The translations under genes were made by a program, and so were the position numbers. Of a stretch of 64,000 nt of DNA, positions 11,493 through 22,840 are shown piece after piece. The notes below the pieces were generated by a model. That model saw nothing but the letters and a program-made list of their open reading frames with translations. It searched no databases and had not been told where the DNA came from. Source of the DNA: Penicillus capitatus (lineage: Eukaryota > Plantae > Chlorophyta); contig OZ287694.1 of NCBI GenBank assembly GCA_965649825.1, forward strand, positions 1,425,197-1,489,196. The letters run 5' to 3'. How positions within the stretch are numbered: position 1 is the stretch's first letter; every line of letters begins with the position of its first letter.

Positions 11493-14237
11493 ATGTCTTC
11501 ATCGCGTCAAGAGATAAACGAGGAACTGGAAGAGAGCTTATTACCTACCGAACACGGAGATTCTTCCGCGGCGCCTTTTTCTCGACAGCAAGATGATGCA
11601 CCACGTCAAGAATCTGCGGGAACCGAAGAGCAGGAGCAGCAGGAAGAGAGGACGGCGAACAGTGAGCAAACAACCTGCCTTGTTCTCCAATTCCCCGTCA
11701 GGAGATGACGGTTGTGTGCCGCCGCAGATGACGGTTGTGTGCCGCCGCAGATGACGGTTGTGTGCCGCCGCAGATGACGGTTGTGTGCCGCCGCAGATGA
11801 CGGCGACACCGAATCCGGCAGAACGGAAAGATGGTTTCTTGAGCCTCCGTCAGAGTGGACACTAGAGTGCACCATTCGGTAAACCCCCTTTCGACTACTG
11901 TCTCTTTGTTTAACCGTCGAGTGTACTGGGCAGACTCATTTCCGAACACGGAACTCGCATTGTCCATGCCGTCGATGCACAAGGAACGCCGATTTTCTGG
12001 AATGCTGTGGAACGGGACCGACCTGATTGTGCGAACATCCTCCTGGATTACGCAAAGAGCAAAGGGCTACCTGTGACATTCAAGTGCGAAGGTGGCGATC
12101 TTTTTTCCCGAGCGATCGCCAACGAATCCGAAGATCATGTCGAATTCGTTCTGGATAAACTCACAGGAAAATATGCGACGATGGCAGAGACAATCAAAAT
12201 CTTGAATGAACATCTGAGAAAATTCTTGCCACAATTTCCCAGGATTGCACACAAGTTCTTGAAAGACGATGAGTTCGTGACAGATTACGCCAGGTTTGAA
12301 GTGCCAGAGGATCTGTTCGGCATAGGCAACATCAAAATTCCAATGGTGATATTCACGCGCGACCATCCTGCAAGCTGGCAAGTTATGGACAGTCGTGCAG
12401 CAAAGGATGTCTGGATCCGGAATAGCGCTTATGCCGAAGAATTGTCGGACACGAACAGCCCACAGATGAGAGTCGTAGCAAAGTTCTCATGCATTCATCC
12501 TGGGGATTTACACGCCGCCTACTATCAGACGTATGTCCACAGCAGTGTTCGACTGAATTGAATGCTTTGCCGTAGGAGGGTCTCTATGAAGCTAAATATT
12601 CGTTCCGTTGACGCAACAGCGTTTGAAGAACTTTTCGAATCGACAGTATACAGAGTCTTTATCGATTGGACATACGACACACTCCGCAGCTTTTTCTTTC
12701 TGGGTGTCCTGCTGGACGCCGTTGTCGCCGCGACCTTCACGAGCTTCGCCATCCTATACAGATGTCAAGACAATGATGCGTTAACTCAGCGTGCAATTGT
12801 GATAACACTTATAGCAGTGCCGTGCCTTGCGAATCTGTTGGAAATCTTCAGGTCTTTCTCAACGCTGAGGTCTGGTGCGCCAATGATCTTAATCATCTGT
12901 CCTTATGTTTGCATACAGGATCCTTATGTTCATCATCGACATTGCCCTCCTCATACACGCATGCATCGCTGACCGTCATACCACCTTCTCTGCTTTCACA
13001 GCATCCGTTGGATGCATCGTCTGCTGGGTCATAGTAAGATTTATCTAAGAATCTTCTTTGTGCTCCTCTCAGCAGCACGATGTCTTGTTTGTGAATTAGT
13101 TTATTCGATCCCTTCGACCATTCGGTCAATTAGGATCCTTTGTTTCGATGGTGGGCTATACGCTGAATGACACACTGCCGTTTGCGATGATGGGCTTAAT
13201 GCTGATGCTTGGTTATTCTGCTGCATTCATGGTTCTTTTCGACACTGGACTTAATGCCGGCGATGACGCTGCTGCTGGCGCTGCCGATGATGATGCCGCT
13301 GGTGATGACGACAGCTTCCACACCCTTTCGCGTGCACTAGAGACTCTATTCCACACTGGCCTTGGAAACTTTGAAACTGACGTAAGTTCTACAGAAGCAC
13401 AACTCTTGTGCCGGCATCTCGCGATGGTTCTCGGTGCAGATGCTTCGCCCTGCTGATGACTTTCTCACAGTTTGGAGGGCGCTGCTGTTCAATTCCTTCG
13501 TCTACGTCGGACCAATCGTGCTCATGAGTTTGCTTGTTGCTATCTTGACCGACACCTACGACAGAGTTCGATCAAAGGAGAAGGCAGAGCAGGCGATGCA
13601 TCGACTGCAAGTGTTTCTTGACTTAATATCTCTCGCCGATTTTGCCGATTGGTAAGATCACTCAAAATCGAAGAGGCAGCAGGTGCTTATGGATGTGTTT
13701 TTTGGCTTCTAGGTTTCATAAGACTAAACCATGTGGCGCGCTCTTCAGTTCATGGATATATAACACTCTATTCCGCGCCACACATGACAAATACAACGAA
13801 ATCTACATGGCCGGGGGTGCCTATTTTTCTTACCTGGTTCCCGAAGTCGCCGAAGAAGAATCTTCTGACGAAGCGTGGCATGGCAGACTCATCGCACTCG
13901 AAAGATCTATCAAGTCTGAATCGGGGAAGCACAAGAAAGCTTTAGGAGGTGAGCTCATGACTCAAAGCCAATGGTCTGTCGACCGACGGCGTGTTGTTGT
14001 CCAGAGATTAACCAGAAAACAACGGATGAGTTTCTTACACTGTTCGACAGAATGAAAAACATGGACGATACTGCGAGTGCGACATCGATCAGATTAAGTA
14101 ACTTGGAGGAGAGCGCAGAAGAGATAAAGACGCTGTCAAACAGAATGGGAGCCATAGAAGAGACTATGAACGAGATGAAAACGTTGCTAGTCAGAAACTT
14201 AAGAGATTCACCAAAACCTGAACCGTCTTCGCCCTGA
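11493..14237 (+). CDS. TRP-like cation channel, subtype B (9 exons; intact if the last of the repeated acceptors is used)
   Basis: Same architecture and intron positions as A. Pore ALETLFHTGLGNFETD, S6 GPIVLMSLLVAILTDTYDRV, acidic S5-pore loop, coiled-coil tail ending SPKPEPSSP*. Confidence 0.84.
11705..11803 (+). repeat. 23-bp tandem repeat (ATGACGGTTGTGTGCCGCCGCAG x4 plus partial) at the intron 1/exon 2 junction of TRP-B
   Basis: Four perfect units at 11705, 11728, 11751 and 11774, each ending in CAG. Exon 2 starts at 11797. Confidence 0.97.
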
Positions 14238-16339
14238 GAAGGGTCTTCTGAGTCTACACCATTCTGCTCAGCCGTCTTACCCCCAGTCTGTTTTCATTTA
14301 TCGAGAGGCTGTGTTTAAAGGGAAGTTGCCTCTGACATGTCCAATGGCATTTTCGCGTCATACACGCTACGCCCTGCTGGTAATGACATGGAAAGAATTT
14401 CCCGTTGGGGTTTTGCTGCCGTATGCATTTCATTATTTCCTGAATTCATCATTGCGGAGATTCGACACATAAATCTCCAGTGACATTACCTGGAAGTGGA
14501 ACGAATGAATGACAATGAATTTTGGTAATGTGCAAGAGTGTTGTCTGAAGTGCGTCTTTGTGATTTCGTCGCAGGAACTGTTATTCGTCTTAGCTGATCA
14601 AGACACGTGCGAATCTACGCAACGCTCTTGTAGAAAGAAGCCGAATCTCTCGCCCGTTTAAAGATCAGGATTCTGTGACACAGAAGCACATTCCGGGCAA
14701 AAGTCATCTACAGTGATACTTGGCACCTGTTATTGCTCAGCCGCATCGAACGACGCATTCTGCATCACATGAGGACGGATCGGATTGTTTGATGATGCCA
14801 ACAGGACATGAGACGAGCAGTGTTAAAAGCGATGTTGACTTATACGTTCAAGGCAGCGAGATCGCCAGCGTCATCTTTCTCTTCGAGCCAGGCGGCCAGT
14901 CAACCCGTACACGCTACCTTTTTTGAATGATGGCTTCGACAAGTGTAGAAACTAAAGATGAAATAGAAGGCCACGCTTCGAACTTTTTTATTTGAGGATC
15001 ACGTCGCGTCAGATAAAGAGTTGGCGTTGCATCGGCGGTTCGCACTTTAGATTCTGCTTCAGAACAAGGGAAATTAGGAACGAAATCGTCGAAAAAATGC
15101 GCATTCGGCCATTCAACGCCCTGCGCATTTACAGCGTTGCAGTCTATTAAGTGGCGAGGTCGAGGAACAGGCGCAAACAAGGAAAGCTACAGTCACTAAT
15201 GCGTAAGGTTCGCGCGCCGTGCTGTTGCATTGTTTCCATGAAAAACAAGCGACTGGAAATAGAAGGCAGCGTCAAAAGAACGCCGAAGGAGCTTCGAACG
15301 TGTTGTCGGAAAGCGATTCTGATACATTAGCACCTTCCGACGTCATGACGCTGTACGTAACACGTCTGCGTTAACGCCACGGACTCTTTACGAGAGACTG
15401 AAAATCTGGTGAATCTAAAGAGAACGAAACTAAACGACTTCTCTGCCGAGATCAAAACGGATTGCACTGTTCATCGGCGAAGTTGCTGACATGAAGTGCG
15501 TGCAGTGAGACTTCCTCTCTCGGCATCAGAGTCTTCCGCCTAATCACATCTGTACTTCGAAGCGGATTGAAAGTGCCTTAGATTTCGAGGAGGCGAGATT
15601 TCGTCGCCTGTCTTGCGCAGCACGGTTTCCCTTTCTGTCTGTTGTCTCTGTTCGCAAGCATGTGACCGCGTCTCTGGTCATCTTTTCGCACAAGGCTTTA
15701 ACTGAAAGGCGTTTGTTCAACTTCGGGAAAGAACACCGCTGGCAAAAGAACGCATGTACCTCTGCTGCTAGAAAGAACTGTGTATATCATTCTTCGCCTG
15801 TTTGAAACGTCAGCCTTTATTCGCCATTCGACAATCGAAGGTCGGCAATCTCTTCAAGACTTCTCACTTTATCTCACGAAACGCGAGATTGCCCTGTCGT
15901 TCTCGCGCAAGGTCCCTGTCAGGATATTGCAAGAACGGATGCGACAATTCAGCGTGCAGGCTTATGAACGCATCCGAACCTGACCGAAAACCATCAGTTG
16001 AACACTGTCACAATCTGCAGTCGCGACGAGTCGGATAGGGCGAGGGACTTTATGTCGCGCACTGTATTGCAGGAGTGTCGCACAGACAATAAGTTGTCAT
16101 TAATCACGTCATGCGTCGTTCGCTGCGTGAAGCACACGCCAACGCAGATCGTGTCTCGAGCGACAGCTCAGGCATAGCAGAATCACTAAACGAATGCGAA
16201 CGTCCTCTTCCAACAGTGTCGGCTTTGCGAGACGTTAGTCGCACAGGATATTGGATGGCGGCAATAGGCAGAGACCCTTTGAGTCCATGCATGCGACTGC
16301 GAAATTAAATGCGGGTCGCCGTCGTACGAATAGGCGTGT

Positions 16340-16440
16340 GCATTCATTGGCTGCTGTTGATGGCGACAGCCGTCGTTAAAAAACTGCTGACTCAGACGCG
16401 GTCATTATTCCGCGGGCGGGACAAAGCAGCTTTATATTGA
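16340..16440 (+). promoter_or_regulatory. Putative core promoter of C-type channel genes (also at about 38410-38510 and 61360-61460)
   Basis: Reverse CCAAT, TGACTCA (16388-16394), GGGCGGG (16414-16420) and TTTATATT (16431-16438) lie 50-150 bp upstream of the ATG. The block is more conserved among C1/C2/C3 than the adjacent exon 1 and intron 1. Motif function is inferred only. Confidence 0.35.
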
Positions 16441-16487
16441 CACTCGCCTGTGCTACCGCGAAAACTATCGAGCCGAAGTTCGTGGAA

Positions 16488-18938
16488 ATGGCAAAGTGCT
16501 CCACACACATGAACGGTGACATCACAGAAGGCAGTAATGGAGTAGCACTGCTTCCGACAGAGGCGCGTTCAGACGAATCGAATCCGAATGGAGATGAAGG
16601 TAACGCACGAATGGCTTGTCGGACAGACGAGTCGGTTTGTCACGTTTCTTTCCTTGACACGGCGACAATTCGAGTTTCTCTGTTTTTCGACGCGGCGGGA
16701 ATTTGAATCTTTCTGTTTTCCGACACGGCGGTAATGTCCCAGGTAGCGAGGGGCTTCAACGTCACATAATCCACGTTCCCTGCTGGACGATAGAAGTAAC
16801 GGAACGGTAAGTCCAAACGCAAGAACGTTTCGATTAATGAAAACTCGTGTTCGCGGCAGTTTGACCTCCGAGTATGACGCACTTCTTGTCGACATGGTGA
16901 ATAGTAACCGTATTCCAATTCTTTGCGACACCATTATGCAGAAACACCCTGAGTGTACGTTGTTGTTGCTCGAGCACGCAAAGAGACACGGCAACTTTTC
17001 CATTATGCTTGGAGCACACACAATGCTGGAGTGGGCGGTAATCAACAAAGCCGAGGAGGTGGCGAGATTCCTCCTCGACTGCGTGGCAGAGAAGAGGTTG
17101 CCTGTGGACGAGTCCAGCTGCATTCTTACTGACTACCTATTCCCTCTGATCACAGACTTTCCCAATCTTGCGAGGCGCTACATCAAAAACGACAGGTTCT
17201 CTTTCGAGTATGGCAGATTCTCGGTTTCCCGTTCCTTGATCGAGAAGAACAAGAATCGGCCGATCGCCATGATAACAGAAGAGCCACCAGACGAATTTAC
17301 GATGGAAGACTCGAAAACGGTCAGGGATTTCTGGACAGAAAACTGTGAAGACCACTCCGAAGACCTGAAGGAGGACTCGACCGATTTTCAGGTCGAGATG
17401 GCGGCCAAGTTCTTCTGCGTCGAGGACCCGGCAGTTTTGACGAAAGACGATCCCACAAGAGAACAGCTTTGTGTATGCCTCGACAGACAGGACTTCCCAG
17501 CAGATTTTTTCGAATCCGATGCACTGAGGAACTTGGTTGACTGGTGGTTTTATTATCATCACCACATATACTACTCCTTCATCATGGTGGATGGCATAGC
17601 CACCCTGTTCTTCACGATCTTTGCCTATCTGTATGGGCACCAAGACAAACTGGGAAAATGGCATCATCAGCCACTGCTGTTAGGACTGTCGCTTTCTTCG
17701 ATCGTTCTTCGATATGGGAGCTTTTTCTTCTACTGGTCGTATCCAAGGCAAGAAATCGTTCAGTCTTAATCTGCGAACCAGCTTCTCAGATGGATGTGCG
17801 TGTAGGCTCAGCATCCTCTGTATCGAATGTGCGCTTTTCATTCAGATCTGCATCACAACTCACTACTACAGTCACTCAGCATTCCTAATATCTATCTGCT
17901 GTCTCCTTCAGTGGATCTCGGTACTGTTCAACTTCACACTCATCCGATTGTGTCTCCTAACTGTGTTCGTTCGTGGATTCTAGATATTCCGTCTGTCACA
18001 AGCATTTGATCGAATAGGGCCGTTCATCTCGATGGTGACTTCAGCAATCAAGGACTCGTGGCGTTTTCTGCTGCTCGTGGCCGTTATGATTCTTGGCTAC
18101 TCAATAGCATTCATGGCCCTTTTCCAGAGCGGATCCATCGAAGATGAAGATAGCAATTTCAGCTCCCTTCCACGCACAATCGAGACCCTCCTCTACTCGT
18201 GCATCGGAAACTTTGAGGTTGACGTAAGTCCTTGTCCACTTCCCCTGCTATCTCCTCAATGCTGTGCCTGTTTGTGCCGATGCAGATGTTTCGATCTTCG
18301 AGGAACTTTCTCACAGTATGGGCTACTGTGCTGTTCGCTTCCTTCATCTACATTGGCCCGATTATGTTAATCAGTCTGCTGATCGCCATTCTGACGGACA
18401 CCTACGACAGAGTCCATGCAAAGGATCAAGCAGAACTGAGAAAACTCCGACTCAGGATCGTCGCCAATTGTCAGCGTTCGGATCGTAGCTCAATCAGACA
18501 TTTCCTGTAAGTTCATCACAGATTTTTCAGCATCTTAGTGATAATGTTTGACGGTGCTACAGAAAAGCAATAACAGGAGCTTATAGAGGAATTAACGCCC
18601 TTCTTTCCACCCCTGTCGAAACATCACATACGTTAGGTTATCACTTGTTCGGTGAAGAGTCTTGCTGTTGCTTCCATTATCTGGTTCCTGTCGAAGGGAG
18701 TGAATTAGAATCGCCTGTTGACGAATGGCAAGGAAGAGTGATGGCGTTCGAAAGGATCATTAAGTCTGAAGCTCAAAAGAACGCGGAAGGATTCAAGGAG
18801 CGGCAAGCTGTCTTAGAAGGGAAGATGGAAGAATTAGAAGAGAAAATGAACAGCATGGAAGGTTCCACAAACAGATTGGAGGCTGCTGTGGATCAAATCC
18901 TTCAGAAGTTGGATAGCAATGGCCCATCTTCAGGCTGA
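16488..18938 (+). CDS. TRP-like cation channel, subtype C copy 1 (7 exons)
   Basis: Exon 1 MAKCSTHMNGD...; ankyrin-like LEWAVINKAEEVARFLLD; GPFISMVTSAIKDSWRFLLL; pore IETLLYSCIGNFEVD; S6 GPIMLISLLIAILTDTYDRV; TRP-helix-like QAELRKLRLRIV; coiled coil to TGA 18936-18938. Confidence 0.85.
16650..16735 (+). repeat. Degenerate 33-bp-period repeat in intron 1 of C1
   Basis: Core GAC(A/G)CGGCG at 16656, 16689 and 16722 (33-bp spacing), immediately before the acceptor at 16741-16742. Confidence 0.7.
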
Positions 18939-20308
18939 ACAGAAATCTGGTAGACGCGAATGTCCACTGTTGATCACAAAGCCTTCAGATCCTTTTTTTT
19001 CCTTTATTTGATTTGCGCAAAGGTCGTTGCCTCGGGCATTGGTGATTTCTGAGTGGACGTATCTTATCTTGTTAGCCCTTCATCCGCCACAACATGAAGA
19101 TAGGTCTGCTGCGTTTGGCGATGACCTTTGATGTCAACAAGTTTGATTGCTATCGGTGATTCTTGCTGGACAGTCCAATTCTTAATTCTTCAGTGATCCA
19201 TCGGAACGAAACAGATGTGTAAACATCGGGAACAATAGCGATCGACTTCATGAATCGCAGAGCCTTGCTATTTCGCGCGCGGAGATCGCATCTTCTGTTG
19301 GCCAATCACCGAATCCGTCAAGGACCGTGTCCTGTCCCCGTTCCTCTGCTGCGAAATGATGCACTGTTACCCCTTAAGTATATGTGTGACCTGTTGCAGT
19401 CATGTCAGTTCTCTGTTCTGTCCGATAAGACGCACAAAGCCGCTATGTCTGTCACGGCATGTACTGTCTGTATATGCACATCTGGTGGCTTAATATGTGA
19501 ATTGCGATCGTCAGCCAGTGTTCTGTGCACTCTCGTGTGGCTGGCCCACTGTCGCCGTGATGCAGTCAACCGCAGTTGAACGCGTTACGTTTTGTCTTTC
19601 GTCATTTGCAAGACTGCCGCGCGTCTTACCTCCTCCGACGCAAATGGAAGCTCCTGCGCGATGGATTCGCTAAAAGACGAATTGCCAGTCGGCAAGGCAG
19701 AATGTCCAATTCTTGCCCGTGACGCGAGTCTGACTAATTTGCACACTGCTATCTGGAGATCATTCGTTTGCCTTTCTACTGTCGTGGGTAGCATTCCGAA
19801 AAACCTCAAGCGTATTAGACGATACAGAGAGGGTCTCTTGGCTACAACTGCTGCCAATGCTCTGGAGAGAGATGCCAGACAGACAGCATCACGACATGAC
19901 CCAACTGTCTGAGTGGAATCACAGAGTGGGTGGCGAAGGCTCTCTAGAATTCCATGTTCGACTGTTGGCGATTTCCATTCGGAGCTTGTCTCATCCGTTC
20001 GGCACAGCTGATGACTAAATGTAACTGTTCACCATTCATACCTTGTCTTTCGACCGTCCATCGCTGTTCAAACGTCCTTCGTTCGGTGATGCGGTCCTGC
20101 CTGGCTGAGATCTATGACATGAGCATAGATTGAATCGATTGAATCGTATTCCACTTGCAGGAGCAGCTTTACTCAGCTGCGTTTTGTTCTTCGATAGTGA
20201 CGACGCGCCGGAATTCGCCTGCCATACTGTTCTATTGTACCAATAAAAGATTCTGCAGATTAGATCGGACGTCCGTCGCTGGAGACACAGACTGTCTTTC
20301 GCACGTCG

Positions 20309-20640
20309 ATGATTCCGTTATCCTCTGTCGTACACGAAGGGAGGGACTTCTACAAAGATGACATTGCGAGAGGAGTCTTCGGTACAGTAGTGCTCCGAGC
20401 ATTTCATCAGGCCGTAGAAATGATGGTCCCGCTGGTTTACACTCTATGGTTTCCACAGACGTTACTGTTGACAAAGGATGACCGCGACAGAACCTGCAAC
20501 GATCGACGAGTACGAGAGATTCCTGTACTAAGACGCGAAGCGGTGCGCGTCATTCTCTGACGATTCCCAGGCAGAGACCACTTGACGTGTGGCGACGCTT
20601 GCAAAGGCACGCGGCGTGTATTCGACCTGGCAGGAGATGA
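20309..20640 (+). pseudogene. Possible degraded protein-kinase (TKL-like) remnant; second copy at about 42545-42880
   Basis: IPLSSV...DDIARGVFGTVV resembles a kinase Gly-rich loop. It is followed in other frames by DVTVDK and EYERFLY*, with stops. No HRD or DFG motif was found. Confidence 0.3.
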
Positions 20641-22270
20641 GGCCAGAGAAGTTCAGCAATGCATGCGTCACTAGCTTCTCTGAACTGAGATTCAAGTTTT
20701 GTTTCTCTGAGGCAGATGATGGAAGCTACGGAGGGGCGATTTCCTATACAGAGCAGTACCCGGCACTTGTTTGAATGATTTTCGCACTCAAGGAGGCAAT
20801 TCCTTCTGCCCATGATCTTTGATCTGTCTCTATCTGTCTGCTCCCTGTACTGTGTCGTTTCATCTGAAACGCAACGTGCGCTTAATTGAAGAGACGTGGC
20901 AACAGGTGTTGTCGCATAGAGCTTTTCTTTTCCGCCAGAAATCCTAATCCGTGAACATTTCATAAAGAGAATCTGTATCAAGTGACTTGTTTTCTATTGA
21001 AAAGGGCGACGAATGTTACAAACTGTAAGCGGGCACTGTCTGAGGAGAAATAGCATCCAGCATGCAGCACGCGTCGAAGCCGACGTGGACAGAAATTGGA
21101 GTTGTTTACACATAAAGACGTTAGGACATCGGAACGGTAAGTGTCTTCACAGAAAACTTAAACGTTGCATAGATAGATCTACAACGGATCCGTTCACTCT
21201 GATCTTTCAATTCTTGTTTTGTGTTATCTCTCGAATCTGACAGCGTATCCATCGTACGGCACGATTATTGTGAGATTGAAAGGAGACTTTATAACAGAAA
21301 ACCATTAGTTTTTAACTTGAGGTGATGAATGCTTGAAGATCGTGCTTAAGTACTAAATACTCATCCAAGACTGAGTTCACATCCGGACGTCTTGTCGGCT
21401 ATTGATACTGGATGACCTGGCCAACGTTGAGATGCACACTTTTAGCGTATACAACGACCACTAACTTCTTATTTGCAGGTGAGATATGTGGCCAAACATC
21501 GGAGATAACAGATGACATCGACTGGGCTCGCAATCTAGAAACATGACTTGAATGGCGATACTGATTATGAGACCGGGCAGTGTCTTCTGCCATCGCCGAC
21601 GTTAAAACATCTATGCATTTACAGAGGAATCACCGGAGGCCGTCCGTCCATTGGACAGGAAGAGAGTTGAGTCATTGAATCCCACTAAACATTACTCAAG
21701 AAGGCAAGAGACTCTTTCAAGCGCGATAGGGACATCCAACTGTGCATGCCTATCAAATTCCCAACGTAGTCGATCAGTCCCCAAACTCCCGACATAGTAG
21801 ATCAGTCTGGCGGTAAGTACTATCGCCATGCAAAGAAGTAAGATAAGTGTTAGATCCATCAGCTCCCAGAACTGTTATTTAGTCATAAGTATAATTAACT
21901 GTTCCATGTTCTTCGTTTCCAGTCTCGAGAACGAAGAAGAACAGCAGACCTCAGTGCCGCAAGGCACATCACTCTACAACTGAGCAGTCGGTGTCCGTGC
22001 GCTCCGTGCAACTTGTCGTGCCTGGGAAGCCAAGAACGGACTTTCCTCTCCCGGCACGGCTAAAGAAAGAAACATGAACAGCAAAGAGCACACTGCCAAT
22101 GAGAACAAGATCCCAGAAGGCATAAAGTGGGGGCATGATGCCAAGATCTGAGTGGCGTTTGCGTGGTACATACAGATTAGCGACTCTGTAAGAGTGGATT
22201 GCTTGAATAAGAAGGGCAGCGCCTGATGGTCATACTGCACCCGCCTTAAGAATACAGCTTAGTGTAGACA

Positions 22271-22840
22271 TGTAAAGGGCGGCGATCGAGAGTTGGAGAC
22301 GAGAAACTTTAGTTGACCACCTCATGGCTGCCGTTATTTCCAGCGCCCCGTTGAACGAAGTGGCTCTGTGCACGGATTGATACCTTTAGTTATTTCCAGT
22401 CAGGCGTCGCCCCGGGTGAAGTATACCGCCAGCCGTCCATCGGAGGTGGATGGCAACCCAGCCAACAGCCTATTCGAACAACCGTGCTTGTCAGTTCCTA
22501 TGAGAGAGCGATCCGAGTTACCTGGGGGGTTGCGAAAGCTTGCAGGGCCCGCTTCTGTCACCTTCCACGACAGGGACACCGACCCGTGCGATGCCACACC
22601 CCACACCCTCACTGCATTTTCCCCCTGCAGCGCCAGCTAAGGAGTCGTGTCGGCGCGCACGCGAATAAAAAAGTACACACAAGGAAGAAACAGAAAAGAA
22701 CGACAGCACAGAAAAGCAAACAGGAAAGAAACCCTCAGCTGACCGAAAAGGTAGAAGGAAGGCAAAAGACAGAAAGCAGGGGGCCGGTCTCAAGCCCAGA
22801 TGGTACACAAGCAAGCAAAAGACACATTCACAGAACTACA
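22271..22840. mobile_element. Candidate solo LTR (570 bp); second copy 45177-45747
   Basis: TGTA...TACA termini with GACA on both flanks, in both duplicated units. GC-rich first half, A-rich second half. The A-rich composition continues past the proposed end, so the boundary may be coincidental. Confidence 0.35.

Noticed and set aside
8036-18938. Non-standard code (TAA/TAG = Gln, as in some ulvophytes) to explain the short channel ORFs
   Set aside because: The in-frame stops fall inside well-formed introns, and the LPA1-like and Twinkle genes end at TAA, the former exactly at its conserved C-terminus.
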